In this document: piece by piece, positions 39,201 through 50,318 of the stretch
Numbering within the stretch: position 1 is the first letter of the stretch
Layout of the letters: each line of letters begins with the position of its first letter
Source of the DNA: a virus
Lineage: Duplodnaviria > Caudoviricetes
Virus record (IMG/VR): IMGVR_UViG_3300046167_000506
Coordinates: 1 to 58,548 of that record
Reading direction: 5' to 3' (one strand)
DNA length: 58,548 nt
Position numbers and translations under genes: made by a program
The notes under the pieces: model-generated
The model's database searches: none
What the model was told of the DNA's origin: nothing
What the model saw: only the letters and a program-made list of their open reading frames with translations

Positions 39201-41030
39201 TAAATCAACTTTTTGTGTACCAAAGCTCTCAACATGATTAGAAAGAGACCCCTTAATATGTAATCCACCGTGCCCTTGGTTTACAATAGCAACCCTATAC
39301 CACTTGTTACCAGACAAATTACTCTCGTCTCCTAGTGTAAATTTCCACTCGTCACCGCTACCATCTGTGGTAGTGTATTTAGTGTTTATTTCAGTTTCGG
39401 TGTAGTATCTGTCGTCATGGTTGTGCGAAGGCAGAGATGTTAAGTAACCGCTTAAATCTTGATCACCGGTGTTTGTGCCAGACGATGATCCAGAGAAGTT
39501 AGATGCTCCTATTGTACCCGTAACGCTTACGTTACCAGCAAAACTTACAGATTTATCACTGCCGTTAAATGCAGCAATTTGTCCTGCTTTACCATCTCTA
39601 ATATCAAGACTTCTGAATTGAGTAGAACTACCATTGTATCCTCTATAATTTACATATAGTGTAGCTGCATCATTTACACTATTTTGCGTCCATATTTCAT
39701 TACCTCTACCAATTGACAAAATGCTTGAATCATCTCCAAGATGTAACCCGCCATTGCTACCCGTTCTTACATCACTTACCGTTAAGTCCCCCGTTATATT
39801 AACACCACTACTTGAGGTTTCAAACCTTTTAGAGCCATTATGGTAAAGCAAAACAGCATCGTCTGCCAAAAACCTAGCTAAATATTCCGAACCGTCTGCT
39901 ATTTCTAAATCAATAGCTCCCGAACCTCTTATTTTTAAAGAGCCCGTACCTTGGTCGTCTATATAGCTATGTGTGCCATCATGATATAGTCTAAGGTCAT
40001 TGCCCGCACCAAGTCTTAATTGATTGTTATCTGGCAACTTCACATGACCATCCTCATAAGTTAGAGTATCATCAAGTCTTTGCCATTGGAAGTCAGAACC
40101 AAAAGTGTGACCATCCATGTCTTGATCACCCGAATCAAATGTTTCTACCCAATATCTTATTCCATAAGTGCTAGAGTGATTATGATAAGCAATCATATAT
40201 GTCCCTACTCCATCTTCAGTTTTCATTGATAGCAGAGGGTGATTGCTGGTAGTACCGGCTATGGTAACGTGCCGTACAACCCAACTTGAAGACGTGTTGT
40301 TATAATAAACAACATAGCTAGCGCCAGAGTCTGTTCCGGTCCCCGTTGTAACAAGCTTAACCCTAAACGCGTATGCTAAAGAAGGAATAACATGAGTTCC
40401 GTTTTTCCAGTCTATTTCTACACCGTTATCCGTTCCCACCCCAGTAACTGAAACACTACCCGAATTCCAAATAAACCTACTGCTTCCAGATCCAACAGAT
40501 AAAGTGTTGTTAATCTGTAAATTGCTGCCTACTACTAAACTATCGTCTGTTTTTAGAACATTTGAAGAGTCTCTATATAGATTTGTGTCTGTACCAAATA
40601 ATATACCTTGTGAAGGAGGCGTGCCAGAGTATGATGTAGATACTTGTATACCTTTAAACTTAGCGTGTTGCGCCCCACTACCCGTGGTTAAAAACTGGAA
40701 TATACTATCTGAAAATATATTACCGCTAGCACTCAAAGTAATAGTGCCACCAATATTTAAATTACCTGCAACGGTCATTTGTGTTCCACTCCAAGTCGTG
40801 TTTAACGCCCAAGCACCGTCCCAGTCTACATCATTACCTGCGGTATATAATTTCAAACCTCCTCCATCTACACCTTCTATCAAACCAGTTTGATGAGATG
40901 TGCCACCAAAACCTACAGCTCCAGATCCTGCTCCTTTTCTTGCTTCAATGCTATTTCCAGAACTTACTGTTGCTATTACTTTACCACTAACTTCTAGCGT
41001 TTCGCTATTTAAAATCTTTTTCTCAGACAT
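36255..41030 (-). CDS. long tail fibre / receptor-binding protein
   Basis: 1591 aa, G/S/T/N-rich; fibre repeats (HNHDDRYYTE, SGTNTGDQDLS, LTNGAGY, GQVLASDGDG). Confidence 0.8.
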   Translation of the reverse strand: MSEKKILNSETLEVSGKVIATVSSGNSIEARKGAGSGAVGFGGTSHQTGLIEGVDGGGLKLYTAGNDVDWDGAWALNTTWSGTQMTVAGNLNIGGTITLSASGNIFSDSIFQFLTTGSGAQHAKFKGIQVSTSYSGTPPSQGILFGTDTNLYRDSSNVLKTDDSLVVGSNLQINNTLSVGSGSSRFIWNSGSVSVTGVGTDNGVEIDWKNGTHVIPSLAYAFRVKLVTTGTGTDSGASYVVYYNNTSSSWVVRHVTIAGTTSNHPLLSMKTEDGVGTYMIAYHNHSSTYGIRYWVETFDSGDQDMDGHTFGSDFQWQRLDDTLTYEDGHVKLPDNNQLRLGAGNDLRLYHDGTHSYIDDQGTGSLKIRGSGAIDLEIADGSEYLARFLADDAVLLYHNGSKRFETSSSGVNITGDLTVSDVRTGSNGGLHLGDDSSILSIGRGNEIWTQNSVNDAATLYVNYRGYNGSSTQFRSLDIRDGKAGQIAAFNGSDKSVSFAGNVSVTGTIGASNFSGSSSGTNTGDQDLSGYLTSLPSHNHDDRYYTETEINTKYTTTDGSGDEWKFTLGDESNLSGNKWYRVAIVNQGHGGLHIKGSLSNHVESFGTQKVDLLIQGREANDGDNIEITGTVDVLHNATEDSTDKAGIRVIKSAVGTYYDTYTIYIRTTRYSQAKFHLTKFGGAGFYTSKPSVTTEPAPVSGGNVELDTSTLAEGNYVVDDSTPREIYHEGHKPTLAELGAASSSSFTGTSSGTNTGDQDLSGLISSITVGTGLDGTTSSGDATISLDLSELTDMTADITTTVDELILLDDGAERRKRFSEIFGSAAYSNISAFAAAAHNHAGTYALEYELMQSDSSDRDMHVWRKNHAMLSDDSGISTYIVVQTNVPQDGYSMGGFTLVYQDAYNSSGEGGEIKIYGYWNPESNSGFEGFRYECSNPYHTPTIEVCRNSTSGKTAFFISGEGGSYTQLLAKDLWLGYAATSATSQWGDSWAVTQASAKDGYTNFDTLNRNDFPAITTDGSTPALTGGVTAAEMRTLIGAGTGNGSSNLTIGTTATTAMAGNTTIPTNNNQLTNGAGYLTSSSTQSKYLRSDAADSASELITFNKGISSDGNSKFYNWRALENSSNTSNTYWRIARVTGGQSSRFMITLAGRSTSYSNEVLPAMGHIVGQLNNDNNYDVVFYNHSTASSEVVTEVGIVDAGDPAVDVYIRAGQFAELTATGHISDGSFTVYANNNDDGFDSKPTGYDAVTEYTSYNSGNLDGNQIIDWTTDQGSTNIHSGNYTDTDTWIANSATAAGYVASGANQANKVWKTNASGVPAWRTDASGGTDTNYYLDGVVRTDSTNTLVFSVSGATNQSFTFGSNAFDSFSDHTEAGYLTTETYTAHEDTSTLSGTYGSTANGTKIDEITVDANGHITNISTGATGNMTGFFVEDGDGTEVQINNANEWKFVEGTGININWTDTDQGIDSDPYDLTFSIKDNSVNALQLNVSGNGTAGQVLASDGDGTFSWVADANTNTTYSAGGGLDLTSTTFSVEPDLRDGITHVGKDANNYIQFDSTNGRIDFYAGGVFVARMESDGDLHIKGDVIAFSDIFS

Positions 41031-41036
41031 GCTTTA

Positions 41037-44000
41037 TTATCTATGTGTTGAATCAAATCCGTGACCTACGTGTTCTACGTGAACCATAGGCGAATAACTT
41101 TTTGTACCGCTTCTAGATACAAAGGTAAATATTCTTGTTGCTCCAGAGGCTGAAACAGTAACGTCAAAATCGTTAGTCCCTTCGTCTATTACTTTCTTTA
41201 CATTCCATGTAGTACCCGAAGTATTATAACAGCTGTAAACTATTTTTTGATATCCACCGGTATGACCGTGACACGTAAATGTAAATGAGGCGGAATTGCC
41301 ATTACTTCCAGAAGCTAACCCTGCAACATCTTCACCCGTAGTATCTAGAGAACCAAATGATTTAGTATAGGTATTTTTACCGTTTACTTCACCAGTTGAT
41401 GTTATATTACCTGCGGTAATTATGTCGCCATCGTCATTGAGTTTAAATGTAGCAGCACCTCCAACAGCGTTAGAAACCCATATAGCGTTAGTGCCGCCCC
41501 CGTCTATTCTTAAACCATACTCAGCGGCTTGGTCTTTTCTAATATAGATGCCCCAATCACTAGCATCATTGATTATTTTTAAACCAGCATCATTTCCATT
41601 TGCATCACTACCGGTATAATCTATTAATATACTGTTTGTTAAAGTGCTAGTTATACCAGGTGTTGATATGCTTCCTGCAAAAGTTGTATTATTATCATTT
41701 ATTACTAAAGCAGCTGTCGAACCATTACCATCTGCAAAAATTCTTGTCTCAGTACCATTATCCCAGAAAGCAGCCCTAAAACCAGCACTGGCAGTTTGTA
41801 AGTAATATCCACCAGAACCTTTTTTAACAACACCACCGTTAAAAGTCGTAGAACCCGCAACAGCTAAATCATTTGTTAAATCCCAAGTGTCATCTGCATC
41901 ATCAAATATAAAACTTGCTTGTGTAACGCCATCGCCTCTGTATACACTTATACCAGATGTAGCTGCTGTCGCAGTATCTGGTGTTCCTTGTGTTGTGTTA
42001 AGCTGTAGTATATTATCTTCAACTTCTACTGTTGTGGTATTTAAAGTTGTTGTAGTGCCATTAACAATTAGGTTACCCTCAACAGTTACACTACCTGCAA
42101 AAGTCGCGTTACCAGAACTATTTAATGTAAATTTAGCAGTAGCACTACTGCTACCAGGTATTAATCTAAAATCACCATCATATGCTATAAAAGAAGTGTT
42201 TGGTGCTGTTCCTGCGGCAGATCTAACAACACCCATTTTCATATGCTTACTGTCATCGTTACTTACAGTAATGAGAGGTGTAGATGTGTCAATAGATCTA
42301 TTTACTGTTATATCCCCCGCAAAATTTGCGTTACCATTTGCCATGTTTATAGCTAGGTGCTCGGCGTTTGAATTGTTTCTTAACGAGAAATAACTAGCTG
42401 ATCCAGAATGATCCCATCTTTTTAACAAAAAGACGTCGTTACCCGGTGATGAACTAATTTTAATACCACCCGCGCTACTAACTTCTGTAGTTGCTACATT
42501 ATCTCTAATGTGAACAATTTGATTAGCAGGTATAGCTGTGTTTGTTGCAAAATATCCGGATGTAGCAGAGGCAATAGTAGAACTTATACCCACAGAAGAT
42601 ACTAGCCCTCCAAAAGTTGCATTACCAGAAGAATCAATATTAAACTTTGTAGTAGTACCAACTTTAAATGTTAAATCTAAAGTACTACTATTAAATATTC
42701 TCCAATAGTTATCATCCCCATTTTTTAAGTACAAAGAAGGTGACGCCCCAGAACCATCATCTAAAGTTAAATCACCAGTCATCGTACCACCAGCCTTTGG
42801 AAGAGCAGCATCTGCTGTAGTCCCTTGTGCTGCCGTAGCAAAGTTTGTGGTGTCTGTGTCAATAGAATCTTGCAGGTCTTCAAGAGTCATTTGCTTCCAA
42901 ACGTCAGCAGACTCATCCCACAATAGGATCTTATCGTTTGTAGCGTCAGTGGTTTCACTTAAAGAATCTAACGCTCCCGCAGGAAACTTGCTGTGGAAGT
43001 TTAAACCAAGCTCTCCGTCAACACCTACCCTTTGAATAAGCTCTGCTAAGGAAGGCTCGTTACCATTAATCTCTTCAAAACGAGGAGACCACCAGTTAAT
43101 AGAAGAACTAGTATCTGTAGAGTAGTATTGATACGTTCTATGACGCTGGGTTGTAGACCCAGACTTCATCATAAAATCCGTACCGTTTGATATTTTCTTT
43201 CCAGTGTAGCAATCATAAATACCACTTCTTGTGCTGTTAGTTGCAGTAGGGTATTGATAAGGTTGTATATATCCTACAGAAACATACCATCTATTTTCTA
43301 CAAGGTTTGAGAAAGCTATTGTTTGAAAGTATGGATTAGTATCGGGATTACCGTTCATTTGAAGTGTGTGACTTCCATGACATCCGTGATAGAACGTACC
43401 GCTTGTGCTGTCGTCTGTTTTTTGGAAATACACAACCGAACGATAAGCCTTGGCATGCTGAACGTTTTGTATATCCATATCCCAACCGCCATCCGAGCTA
43501 CTGGATGCATCGTTTGATGGTGTGCGCCATACAACACCGTACGCCCCATTAGGAAGTTCAGCTACGGTTCTTATGTTTTCTGCTGTCTCTCCGTTTTGAT
43601 TAAAATCACCAGTTGGGCTAAATGGATATCCTTCAGCACCCCAACCTTGGTTTACGCTGCCGCTACCATCGTTACTCCAATTAGCAGTGCTAATGTAGTT
43701 ACCTTGATGTGTAACGCTTTTAAAGAATCCGTTTAACTCTGTCTCTGTGTAGTATCTGTCGTCATGATTGTGCGAAGGTAGAGCGGTTAAATAACCTTGA
43801 GTGCTGTGATCTGAGAAGCTTGTAAACGCGTTAGTGCCAAATGATGTTGTAGCTGTGTATGAACCAAGTTCAGTAGCTACATACGTTTCAGTCTGGTCTG
43901 ATGTCTTATAATCAGATGTAGCCGCAGCAGCCATTGTGCCAAGGGTAGTGGTATCTACTGTACCGTCTGATTTTAAGAATCCAGTAGTTCCGCTTGTTTT

Positions 44001-45753
44001 AAAACCAGTTGCGTATAGGTATCCATCTTGGTCAAACTTACCTAATTCATTAGTAGACTGCTTAAAGCTAATAACAGCGTCTGCATCGCCTTGACCGTGT
44101 TGTACATCACCTCTAATAACAACCTCTCCGTCACTTTGTAAAACTAAGGAGTCACCAGTATCGGCATATTGTAAGAATGCTTTCTCTGCTCCGTTTTGAT
44201 ATAATCCGAAGTATGGGCTACCCGTAGCAGATGAATCCACACGTATAGAACTTTCTCCTTTTATTACACCCGCAACATCTAGTTTCTGTTGGGGATTAGC
44301 AACGCCAATGCCTACGTTGCCGTTATCCCTTACTCTAAGTATAGCGTTAGCGGAATATTCCGCTTGACCACCAGTTTCATCAAAACCAACCTGCCAATAA
44401 TTATGATTTCCATTATAAGGAACACCATCAAACCATTCACCATCGGCTCCAGAATCTGTATAGAAAGTACCTTTTGCACGTCCTTCGTACCCTTGCATTA
44501 TTATTTGGGTAGCAATAGCTGGTGCGCCATCGGTGTTAGTAGCGGTTAAATATAAAGATGTAGTTGTTTGAGAAGAGCTACCTATTCTAGCAGCGTTATG
44601 ATTAACGTCTAACCCGTAGCTAGGGCTAGATGTCCCGATGCCTACGTTACCACCATTTAACCAGCTATTGCTTGCGGAATCTAAACGAACAACTTCTACA
44701 TTGTTATTAGTGCCATCGGAACTCATTAACGAGAACAGACCCTTATCTAAATCATCACCGGAGTTTCCTCTAGAAATAATACGAGATATAGTGTAGTCAT
44801 TTGACCTAATTAAAAATCTTTCTTCATTATCTGACTGTATTGACACAGACCCCGCAAAACCAACGTTGCCAGCTGAGGTCAATGTCATTAAAACATTGTT
44901 ATTAGGATCTTTAAATAGTAAATCATTACCACCATAAACCCCTAATTTAAATTTAACGGTAGTAGGGCTGCCTATAACAAAACCGTCTCCGTTCGTTGAT
45001 GCTTTTATAGTGCCCCCTACTTCAAGTGCAACATCGGGGTCTGTTATACCTATACCTAAGTTCCCGCCAGCAGTAAGACGCATTCGCTCTGTATTACCAT
45101 GAAGCCATCTAGTGTAAGCGCTAGGGCTGTCTCCATCCATTTTAAAAGCAAATCTACCGTGGTCACCTCCGGTTTCGTCTTGTATACTTTCGAAGAATGC
45201 CTCTGTATCATTAACGTATATTTTTAATGATTCGGAAGTAGAACTGTTTCTTGCAATATATAAAGGATTATTACCCCCATCAGTATCAAACATTGCACTA
45301 CCTCCATCAACAAGTAAGCCTGCTTGAAAAGCAGCAGCGCCAGCTGTTGAAATCTCTAAAACATTTGTAGTGCCTAAAGCTGTAGAGGCTGCAATAACAA
45401 ACTTATCAGAGTCTGAATTGTCAATACCCATCGTATATGACTGGGTACTAATCTTGAACTCCATACTAGCATCACCAGTATTACCGTCTTCAATAAGAAG
45501 TTTAGGGTCTGTGGTCTGATAGGCATAAACGTGAAGTCTTGCTTCGGGTAGCTACATCTGAACTAAAAGTGCCAATGCGAACATCTTTGTTAATGTTTAC
45601 GCCCCCTGTTCCAGCAGTTGACCATAAACTTGATGCAGTATTGTAGTCTGTCCCGTCTACGGCTGCAACAATATTACCGTTTGAATCAAGTTTTAGTATT
45701 GAGCCAGCGGTGACGTTGCTTAGGTTTAATCCGCTTAGAAACTTTATTGCCAT
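41037..45753 (-). CDS. long tail fibre protein (~1570 aa; one apparent extra base near 45550)
   Basis: track ORFs 45502-45753 and 41037-45464 join (…DVAPEARLHVYAYQTTDPKLLIEDGNTGDASMEF…); GNVGIG repeats, ALPKAGGTMTG. Confidence 0.8.
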
Positions 45754-45775
45754 AATAGTGAATGTCTATATCTCA

Positions 45776-45783
45776 CAAAAATA
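45776..45783 (-). promoter_or_regulatory. Bacteroidota -7 promoter box (TATTTTTG)
   Basis: upstream of the fibre gene start at 45753, after a terminator. Confidence 0.6.
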
Positions 45784-45784
45784 C

Positions 45785-45812
45785 AAAAAAAAGAGGGGCG
45801 TATGCCCCTCTC
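45785..45812 (-). terminator. intrinsic terminator
   Basis: AGAGGGGC-GTAT-GCCCCTCT followed by a T-tract on the - strand. Confidence 0.75.
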
Positions 45813-45834
45813 TATCATTGGTCTGTATTACAGA

Positions 45835-47133
45835 TTATGGAGTTAAGTCTCCAGCAGTGTCTTCATTTGCAACCGCACTAACCATACAAATATAATCTCC
45901 GTTTGAAACGGTTTGTGCAAAATGTACTTTAACCTGCGTAGTAGAAGGTCTTGTTATTTCAACCATTATGGTTTCATACGTTGTTGCGTCTACAACTTCC
46001 ACCATAACCAACTTAGTTCCTAAGCCATGTGCTACAGTGTATACGTTGCCAGTTTTACTAACGTTGGTACGACCTGGATCTAACACTACAGAGTATAATC
46101 CTAAACCGAGAGCAGTACCGATGTCTGCAACTGTAGTTTGTTGGATTGTGGTGTCGGTAGCGTGAGATTTTTCTACAAGAATTTTCGTTCCAGTAGTTGT
46201 TCCACTAACCGTTGGGATGGTATCAATAATCAACTCACCTTCGATGCGCCAAGAGTCTAAGCTTTCATCCCAATAAAGTTTCTTATTAGCACCTGCGCCA
46301 CGCTCAACTTCAATACCCGCGTCTTCGCTCGGTGTCGCATCAGAAGCTATATCAGCATTAAGCGATAGCATAGCATCGCCAATGTTTACAGTATTAGAAT
46401 CAACAGTTGTCGTTGTACCTTGTACCGTTAAGTTACCAGCAACAACAAGGTGACGACTGCTACCTACGGTTACACTAGTACCATCATCCGACAGAGGAGA
46501 GTCAATGAACTGACCGTTCGTATCGTCCCACATTACAAGCGTATCGTCCGATAAAGTCGATGCTCCTTTAACCGCCACTGAATCCGCGGCGACGGCAATA
46601 CCCGTACCAGCACCTACAGCAACAGTAGTAGAGCCACCAAGAACTGTTGCTCCAGCGGTCGCTGTAAGCCCATTGCCACCAGTAACTGTAATGCTTGAAT
46701 TAGCAAGTGAAGCATTAGGGATAGAAGAAAGCTGTAAAGACGTTCCGCTAATCTCAATACCCGTAGAAGTTGAACAAGTAAGATATGCTGAAGTCGAAGC
46801 ACTTACATCATAGAAGAAGATTGAGTCAATCGCACTTTCTCCGGTAATCGCTGTAAGAGACTCAAGGCCTAAGTGGGAAAGAGAAACAGTTGCATCACCA
46901 CCAGAACCATCAGCGACAGCAATACCACCACCTGCACTGATTGAGCGTACGTCACCCGTTACGTCAATCCAATTTGTACCGTCATAAACATACAGCTTCT
47001 TGTTTGCATTGGTTGTGTTGAAATAAACCTGCCCTTCAGCTGGTGAGCTAGGCGCAGTCGCTGTAGGGTGTAACAGAACATTCTGTATCTGATTCCCCCC
47101 AAGGTTAATGTTGCTTTTAAAATCTATAGCCAT
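45835..47133 (-). CDS. tail fibre / structural protein
   Basis: PSSPAEGQVYFNT..LYVYDGTNW, GNLTVQGTTTTVDS, AGIEVERG, HGLGTK motifs. Confidence 0.75.
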   Translation of the reverse strand: MAIDFKSNINLGGNQIQNVLLHPTATAPSSPAEGQVYFNTTNANKKLYVYDGTNWIDVTGDVRSISAGGGIAVADGSGGDATVSLSHLGLESLTAITGESAIDSIFFYDVSASTSAYLTCSTSTGIEISGTSLQLSSIPNASLANSSITVTGGNGLTATAGATVLGGSTTVAVGAGTGIAVAADSVAVKGASTLSDDTLVMWDDTNGQFIDSPLSDDGTSVTVGSSRHLVVAGNLTVQGTTTTVDSNTVNIGDAMLSLNADIASDATPSEDAGIEVERGAGANKKLYWDESLDSWRIEGELIIDTIPTVSGTTTGTKILVEKSHATDTTIQQTTVADIGTALGLGLYSVVLDPGRTNVSKTGNVYTVAHGLGTKLVMVEVVDATTYETIMVEITRPSTTQVKVHFAQTVSNGDYICMVSAVANEDTAGDLTP

Positions 47134-47135
47134 GT

Positions 47136-47453
47136 TTAGTTGAGATATGCTTTACCAGAATTGCCACCGTTAAAGCGAATTATTAAGTTGTTTAAATCTA
47201 AGTATTCAATTTCCGCAAAGATCACGTTCTCGCCAGAGTCTACGATCGTTACAGAGGGGTTTTTATTCATATTGTGTTCTATTACCCATTCCTCAGCACT
47301 CTGCTCCTGGGCAAAGACAAAGTGGGCGTCACTAGTACCTACGCGAGATATGCTTACGTTTACCGCCGGCTGCTCAATAGCCACAGATTTTGTGGTTGTC
47401 GAAACACCTCCTAGGTTTACGTTAGCTCCTGCTTTTATTTCTACACTACTCAC
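47136..47453 (-). CDS. small structural protein
   Basis: WVIEHNMNKNPSVTIVDS...SGKAYLN phage structural motif. Confidence 0.7.
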   Translation of the reverse strand: MSSVEIKAGANVNLGGVSTTTKSVAIEQPAVNVSISRVGTSDAHFVFAQEQSAEEWVIEHNMNKNPSVTIVDSGENVIFAEIEYLDLNNLIIRFNGGNSGKAYLN

Positions 47454-47805
47454 TTACGTCTTCGTTAATTTTAAACAATCCATATACCCATGTCTTCACA
47501 ACGCTGCCGCTGGTAGACTGTAGGTCATACACGTATGTGCCCCCCGGGGCAGCAGCCATAACCGCAGCCGTAGCTTCAATCGTAAGCTTTCCTGCGGCAG
47601 TACCCGTATAGTCAAAAGCGCTATCAGCAATAATATCCCCAGAAGTAGTATCTGTTTCTTTGACATCCATCTTCCAGGAGTACGAGCTCAAATCAAGCGG
47701 ATCACCGTTGTCGTCTGTAAAAGTAAACTCTAATTCAAAAGTATCTCCTTTGCGACAAGTAATGTCTACTCTGGTAGCGTTATCTAGGTTTATTGTTGTT
47801 GCCAT
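47446..47805 (-). CDS. BppU-N-like Ig-fold structural protein
   Basis: RKGDTF..DLSSY..GKLTI..YVYDLQ..G.F.I.EDV pattern. Confidence 0.7.
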   Translation of the reverse strand: MATTINLDNATRVDITCRKGDTFELEFTFTDDNGDPLDLSSYSWKMDVKETDTTSGDIIADSAFDYTGTAAGKLTIEATAAVMAAAPGGTYVYDLQSTSGSVVKTWVYGLFKINEDVSE

Positions 47806-47809
47806 ATTG

Positions 47810-47817
47810 CAAAGATA
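47810..47817 (-). promoter_or_regulatory. Bacteroidota -7 promoter box (TATCTTTG)
   Basis: 4 nt upstream of the ATG at 47805. Confidence 0.6.
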
Positions 47818-47822
47818 ATAAC

Positions 47823-50264
47823 TTACTGGTTATCAATTAGATCGGCTATGCTATTTGGAGCATCGCTTAAAGGTGGGCGCTGGTCCTTACGCTGAGCGAT
47901 AAGCTTAGATTGCTCTATCGCTTGCTTTTGTACCCGGCTGTCCTTTCTATCCTCTTTCATAACATCCAAGCTCGTCTTGCCTTGTTGACCGACCATAGTC
48001 TGTTGCGCGACAATCTGAGCCTTCATCGCCTGGATTTCTTTTTCATACATATGCTCAAGCTCCATAAGTTGAGCTTTAATCTTGCTCTCCATCTGAATCT
48101 TTTGCATTTCTAGCTCTTGTTGCATTTGCATTTTCTGAGCATCAACTTGCATTGCCATCTGTTGGTTTTGAGCATTAGCCTGCTGCTGCGCTTGAATATT
48201 TTGCATATTCATGTCTTGCTTGGCCTTCATGCGCTTCTTGCGACGCACGATAAGTAGACGCTCTGCTTGGTCCACATCGCGAAGATTACGTACCGCAATA
48301 GCATCCTCGAGATCAATCTCTCCATTAGCTAAAGCCACTTGAATGTTTTGCTCCAAGTACGCCGCGTCTTTGTCATCCATATTACCTACGATCTGAACAC
48401 CAAAATTATACATTGGTAATTCATTGAAGCTGGTGATGACGTTTATGTTTGTCTCACCAATGGCATTCATATAGATTTGATGAAGCGTACTTCCCTGCGG
48501 AATGATCTGCAAGCATCTAATAATGTCTTCACAAACACGCTTGTATAACACCTTAGCAGAGTGGGTAACGTCATAAATAGCGTTGTTACCTGCCGCAAGC
48601 TGCTGCTGGCGTACACCAACAAGCTGATCTCCTTTAGGAGACGTTCCGTCCATTACCTCGTTAATACCCGTGGCATCACGAATCATTCGCAGGTAGTGGT
48701 TGTATAGAGCAACAAGCTCATTAATGTTTCGTATGCTATTGTCTAAAGGTCGAATAGGAGGATTCTGGAACCCACCGTCCGGATTTTTAGAGCGGTAGTA
48801 GAATATCCCCGTTTGCTCGTAGATGTCTTGCAGCTCTAATGGCTGCAACTCTCCACCCGCACCAAGCTGAACATTCTCAAGACCTTCGATATCAATAATA
48901 ATACCGTCTGGTTTAGCCTTAGCAATAGCCTGCTGAATCTTTAAGTGGGTAAGCTGGAGCTGATCCGCAAATCCAATGATAGAAGAAACAATAGACTTTG
49001 GCATCATGCGACGCAAGTTGGTTGCAACTACACTATAAGACAATCGAGCTCTAGTGATATCATGAACATTCTTCGGGATATTCTTCTTAATGCCGTAGTT
49101 AAATAGGTGTTTTGTACCTAGTATAAAACTACCACCATATACGGTTGTGTTATGCAAACAATGTCCTACACGCTCATACACAGACTCTTGAGGAGCTTTA
49201 TACTCAGTGCCTTTATAAAAGAAGTTCTTGTTTCCGTGTCGAGACTCTTTTTCTTCGTAGTAGATCTTGTCTACCGATAAGAACTCAAAGTCTATAACTT
49301 CAAGAAAATACTCGTCATACCCGTAAGACGAGCGCTGCATACTCTTGTCGTAGTAAGAATGCGTAAGACGAGAAGGGTCATTCTGAAAACGGTTGCGTAC
49401 TGCGTTACCGATTTCGTAGTACTGTTCTTCCGTGAACTGCTCTCCTGCAAGACGCTTAAGTTCTTGGATGGTAATACGCTTAATATGTCCTGCGTAAACT
49501 AGGTCATCAAAATTCGGATCCTCAGTATGACTGTGGATGAAGTGCCCTGGGTCTACGTAGCTTTCTGTAATCCCATAGTTTGGATCGTTATCGCGTTTGA
49601 TAACTGCTATGCCGATACTAGCGAGATCGTTAATCGCGCGGCGATATGTCGAGTCGTTAAAGTCGTTCCAATCCAGAGTCATCTTCGTGGCGATCTGGCT
49701 AGCTATTTCTGCCTGCGTTTTCACGCCGGTATCCATAAAAATTTCCGCCTCTTCTAAGTTCTCGGGTAAAGCCTCTGGGTCAACTTCCGTTTCCAGCCCA
49801 GCACCTTTTGCTTTCGCTAAGAAATCCTTAGTAAGAATTTGCGCTTTTAATCTGTTCTTTTTCTTATCCTTCTCTGTACGCGACAAAGGATCAACAGCTT
49901 CTATATTTGGATATGGATCGGCAGATAGAATCTTATTTACTACAATCTTAATGAACTTAGGTACAATAGGAACCGGGGTCCAGTCTAGATTTAATAGCGT
50001 CCCGTCACCGTTATTTGGATCTAAGGAGTTTAAAATCTGCTTATATTTAGAAGTGTCTTGAGTTCCGTTTGCGTAGTCACGGCAGTTCTCAAATTCTTTC
50101 TTTCTGCGGTGATAGAGAGAGCTCTCGTCTGCCGCATTACCCCATTGTGACTCTATAGCCATAGCGTACTTAAGGCCAAAAGCTGTAGTTAATTTAACTT
50201 CCGGAGAAGCTAACGGGTCGGGGAAGTTCCCGTATTTATCGGATTTTTTATTACTATCAAACAT
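47823..50264 (-). CDS. portal protein
   Basis: 813 aa; LNLDWTPVPIVPKFIKIVVN, IRDATGINEVMDG; Q-rich C-terminal coiled coil; follows terL. Confidence 0.88.
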   Translation of the reverse strand: MFDSNKKSDKYGNFPDPLASPEVKLTTAFGLKYAMAIESQWGNAADESSLYHRRKKEFENCRDYANGTQDTSKYKQILNSLDPNNGDGTLLNLDWTPVPIVPKFIKIVVNKILSADPYPNIEAVDPLSRTEKDKKKNRLKAQILTKDFLAKAKGAGLETEVDPEALPENLEEAEIFMDTGVKTQAEIASQIATKMTLDWNDFNDSTYRRAINDLASIGIAVIKRDNDPNYGITESYVDPGHFIHSHTEDPNFDDLVYAGHIKRITIQELKRLAGEQFTEEQYYEIGNAVRNRFQNDPSRLTHSYYDKSMQRSSYGYDEYFLEVIDFEFLSVDKIYYEEKESRHGNKNFFYKGTEYKAPQESVYERVGHCLHNTTVYGGSFILGTKHLFNYGIKKNIPKNVHDITRARLSYSVVATNLRRMMPKSIVSSIIGFADQLQLTHLKIQQAIAKAKPDGIIIDIEGLENVQLGAGGELQPLELQDIYEQTGIFYYRSKNPDGGFQNPPIRPLDNSIRNINELVALYNHYLRMIRDATGINEVMDGTSPKGDQLVGVRQQQLAAGNNAIYDVTHSAKVLYKRVCEDIIRCLQIIPQGSTLHQIYMNAIGETNINVITSFNELPMYNFGVQIVGNMDDKDAAYLEQNIQVALANGEIDLEDAIAVRNLRDVDQAERLLIVRRKKRMKAKQDMNMQNIQAQQQANAQNQQMAMQVDAQKMQMQQELEMQKIQMESKIKAQLMELEHMYEKEIQAMKAQIVAQQTMVGQQGKTSLDVMKEDRKDSRVQKQAIEQSKLIAQRKDQRPPLSDAPNSIADLIDNQ

Positions 50265-50287
50265 TTCGTGAGATAAAGTATTCCTTG

Positions 50288-50295
50288 CAAATATA
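50288..50295 (-). promoter_or_regulatory. Bacteroidota -7 promoter box (TATATTTG)
   Basis: upstream of the portal gene. Confidence 0.65.
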
Positions 50296-50318
50296 CTAAA
50301 TCAGTTCACGCAATATCT

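Noticed and set aside
36255-47133. Diversity-generating retroelement or invertible tail-fibre system
   Set aside because: No reverse transcriptase or recombinase gene; the repeats are short and direct, and their differences are not adenine-specific.
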